This document shows, piece by piece, positions 63,238 to 64,000 of a stretch of DNA of 64,000 nt. Position numbers and translations under genes: made by a program. Below the pieces are notes generated by a model. That model was not told where the DNA came from. It saw only the letters and a program-made list of their open reading frames with translations, and did not search any database. The stretch is taken from positions 344,291-408,290 of the forward strand of contig CBDBMY010000008.1 of NCBI GenBank assembly GCA_965207675.1, written 5' to 3'. The first letter of the stretch is position 1, and every line of letters starts with the position of its first letter. The DNA comes from Vicinamibacterales bacterium (GTDB lineage: Bacteria > Acidobacteriota > Vicinamibacteria > Vicinamibacterales > UBA8438).

Positions 63238-64000
63238 ATGATCGAGATGGAAGCGGGAATGCGAGATGTAGTCGTTGCGGTGGCCGTCGGCGTCGTCTTT
63301 CCGGGAGTGGCGCTCGCTCAGCTGGCGCCAGCGAGTCAAGCGGAGTTCGAGCAACGGTTTACGGGCTGGACGCTGCTGTCGGACGCGCCGGACTGCAACG
63401 AAGGCAATGGGATCGACCCCGTCACCTTCATCGGCCCGGGCCGGTTCGAGACGAACGGACTCGAGGGCGACTACCAGTACCGGGGAACCGGCGCGGACAC
63501 GGGGACCCTCACGTTGACGGTCGACATCATTCCGATTCCCCAGGTGTCCGATCTGACGTTCGACTCGCGGACGACGGGCACGTTCGCAGCGGGGGCGGGC
63601 GGCGTGGTGCTCTGTGAAGGCGGCTTCGAGCTCGTCGACTCGACGATCCCCGACACGACGCCGCCTTCGCTGGTCGGCGCCGAGGTGGTGGTCTCCGGCG
63701 ACGAGATGGCTCTCGCCTTCGACGAGGAACTCGCCGGGGTCGACTCCCTTCTCGGCCTGCTCGCATCGGCGCTCTCCGTCACCGCGGACGGGGAACCCGT
63801 CCTCGTCGACGGGTACGCCTACGGGGGCTTCGGGCGCATCGGCCGTCGCCTGCAGCTCTTCTTGTCCGGCGTCATCACCCGGGGTCAGACGGTCGTAGTC
63901 TCCTACGCCGATCCCACCCCCGGCGACGACGACGTCGCACTCCAAGACCTGGCCGGTAACGACCTGGCTTCCTTCACCGCGACGGCGACCAACAACTCCG
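63238..64000 (+). CDS. Secreted protein with Ig-like (adhesin-type) repeat, 5' part; continues past the right edge
   Basis: Own translation of a frame open to the window end: MIEMEAGMRDVVVAVAVGVVFPGVALAQ (signal) ..DTTPPSLVGAEVVVSGDEMALAFDEELAG..LSVTADGEPVLVDGYAYGG..GQTVVVSYADPTPGDDDVALQDLAGNDLASFTATATNNS. This is the typical P..LV.A.V.G..L.L.F.E.L....F.V..DG....V....V..G..V.VSY......A..D.AGN repeat. It is not in the ORF track because it has no stop. Confidence 0.7.
   Translation, partial: MIEMEAGMRDVVVAVAVGVVFPGVALAQLAPASQAEFEQRFTGWTLLSDAPDCNEGNGIDPVTFIGPGRFETNGLEGDYQYRGTGADTGTLTLTVDIIPIPQVSDLTFDSRTTGTFAAGAGGVVLCEGGFELVDSTIPDTTPPSLVGAEVVVSGDEMALAFDEELAGVDSLLGLLASALSVTADGEPVLVDGYAYGGFGRIGRRLQLFLSGVITRGQTVVVSYADPTPGDDDVALQDLAGNDLASFTATATNNS

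Overview
Very GC-rich bacterial chromosomal DNA (G+C judged by eye, not computed). I saw no rRNA, tRNA or CRISPR. All family calls come from motif recognition in my own reading of the translations; no searches were run. A remnant of the VWFA-related Acidobacterial-domain family and PEGA domains hint at an Acidobacteriota/Gemmatimonadota-like lineage, with low confidence. Blocks: (i) 1-4.2 kb holds an Rpn-type nuclease, two COG4186-like metallophosphoesterase (MPE) paralogs, a translationally coupled nucleotidyltransferase-HEPN fusion, and two abutting, oppositely oriented Lon protease fragments. (ii) 4.2-14.1 kb holds an XRE regulator, secreted/membrane proteins and a visibly less GC-rich operon. 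That operon is GrpE-like, then a lidless Hsp70, then three paralogous membrane proteins whose N-terminal J-like domain has invariant HNQS instead of HPD, then a multi-TM protein. This operon is my top candidate for an undescribed system. (iii) 14.3-21.4 kb holds IS110 and VWFA remnants, a 1168-aa Lon with a tandemly duplicated AAA+ module preceded by a ~99-bp structured tandem array, and a third, decayed MPE. (iv) 21-36 kb is a graveyard of nested mobile elements: IS21 split by a recombinase-in-trio (RIT) element, IS91 split by IS21 and IS256, an IS110 remnant, and an rve transposase. (v) 36.2-49.6 kb looks like a decayed integrative element with four ribbon-helix-helix genes, an SSB pair, a methyltransferase, iteron-like repeats, long palindromes and a frameshifted tyrosine integrase. 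(vi) 50.5-56.3 kb holds a low-GC HEPN (RNxxxH) orphan flanked by inverted repeats, plus a 1111-aa SF1 helicase with small partner genes. (vii) 56.3-63.2 kb holds an IS3 element and a second RIT element; RIT2 interrupts the group II intron ORF and the IS3 lies just beyond the traceable intron sequence. (viii) 63.2 kb to the end is the start of a secreted Ig-like-repeat protein. Many long Arg/Pro-rich ORFs in the track are antisense or high-GC artefacts.
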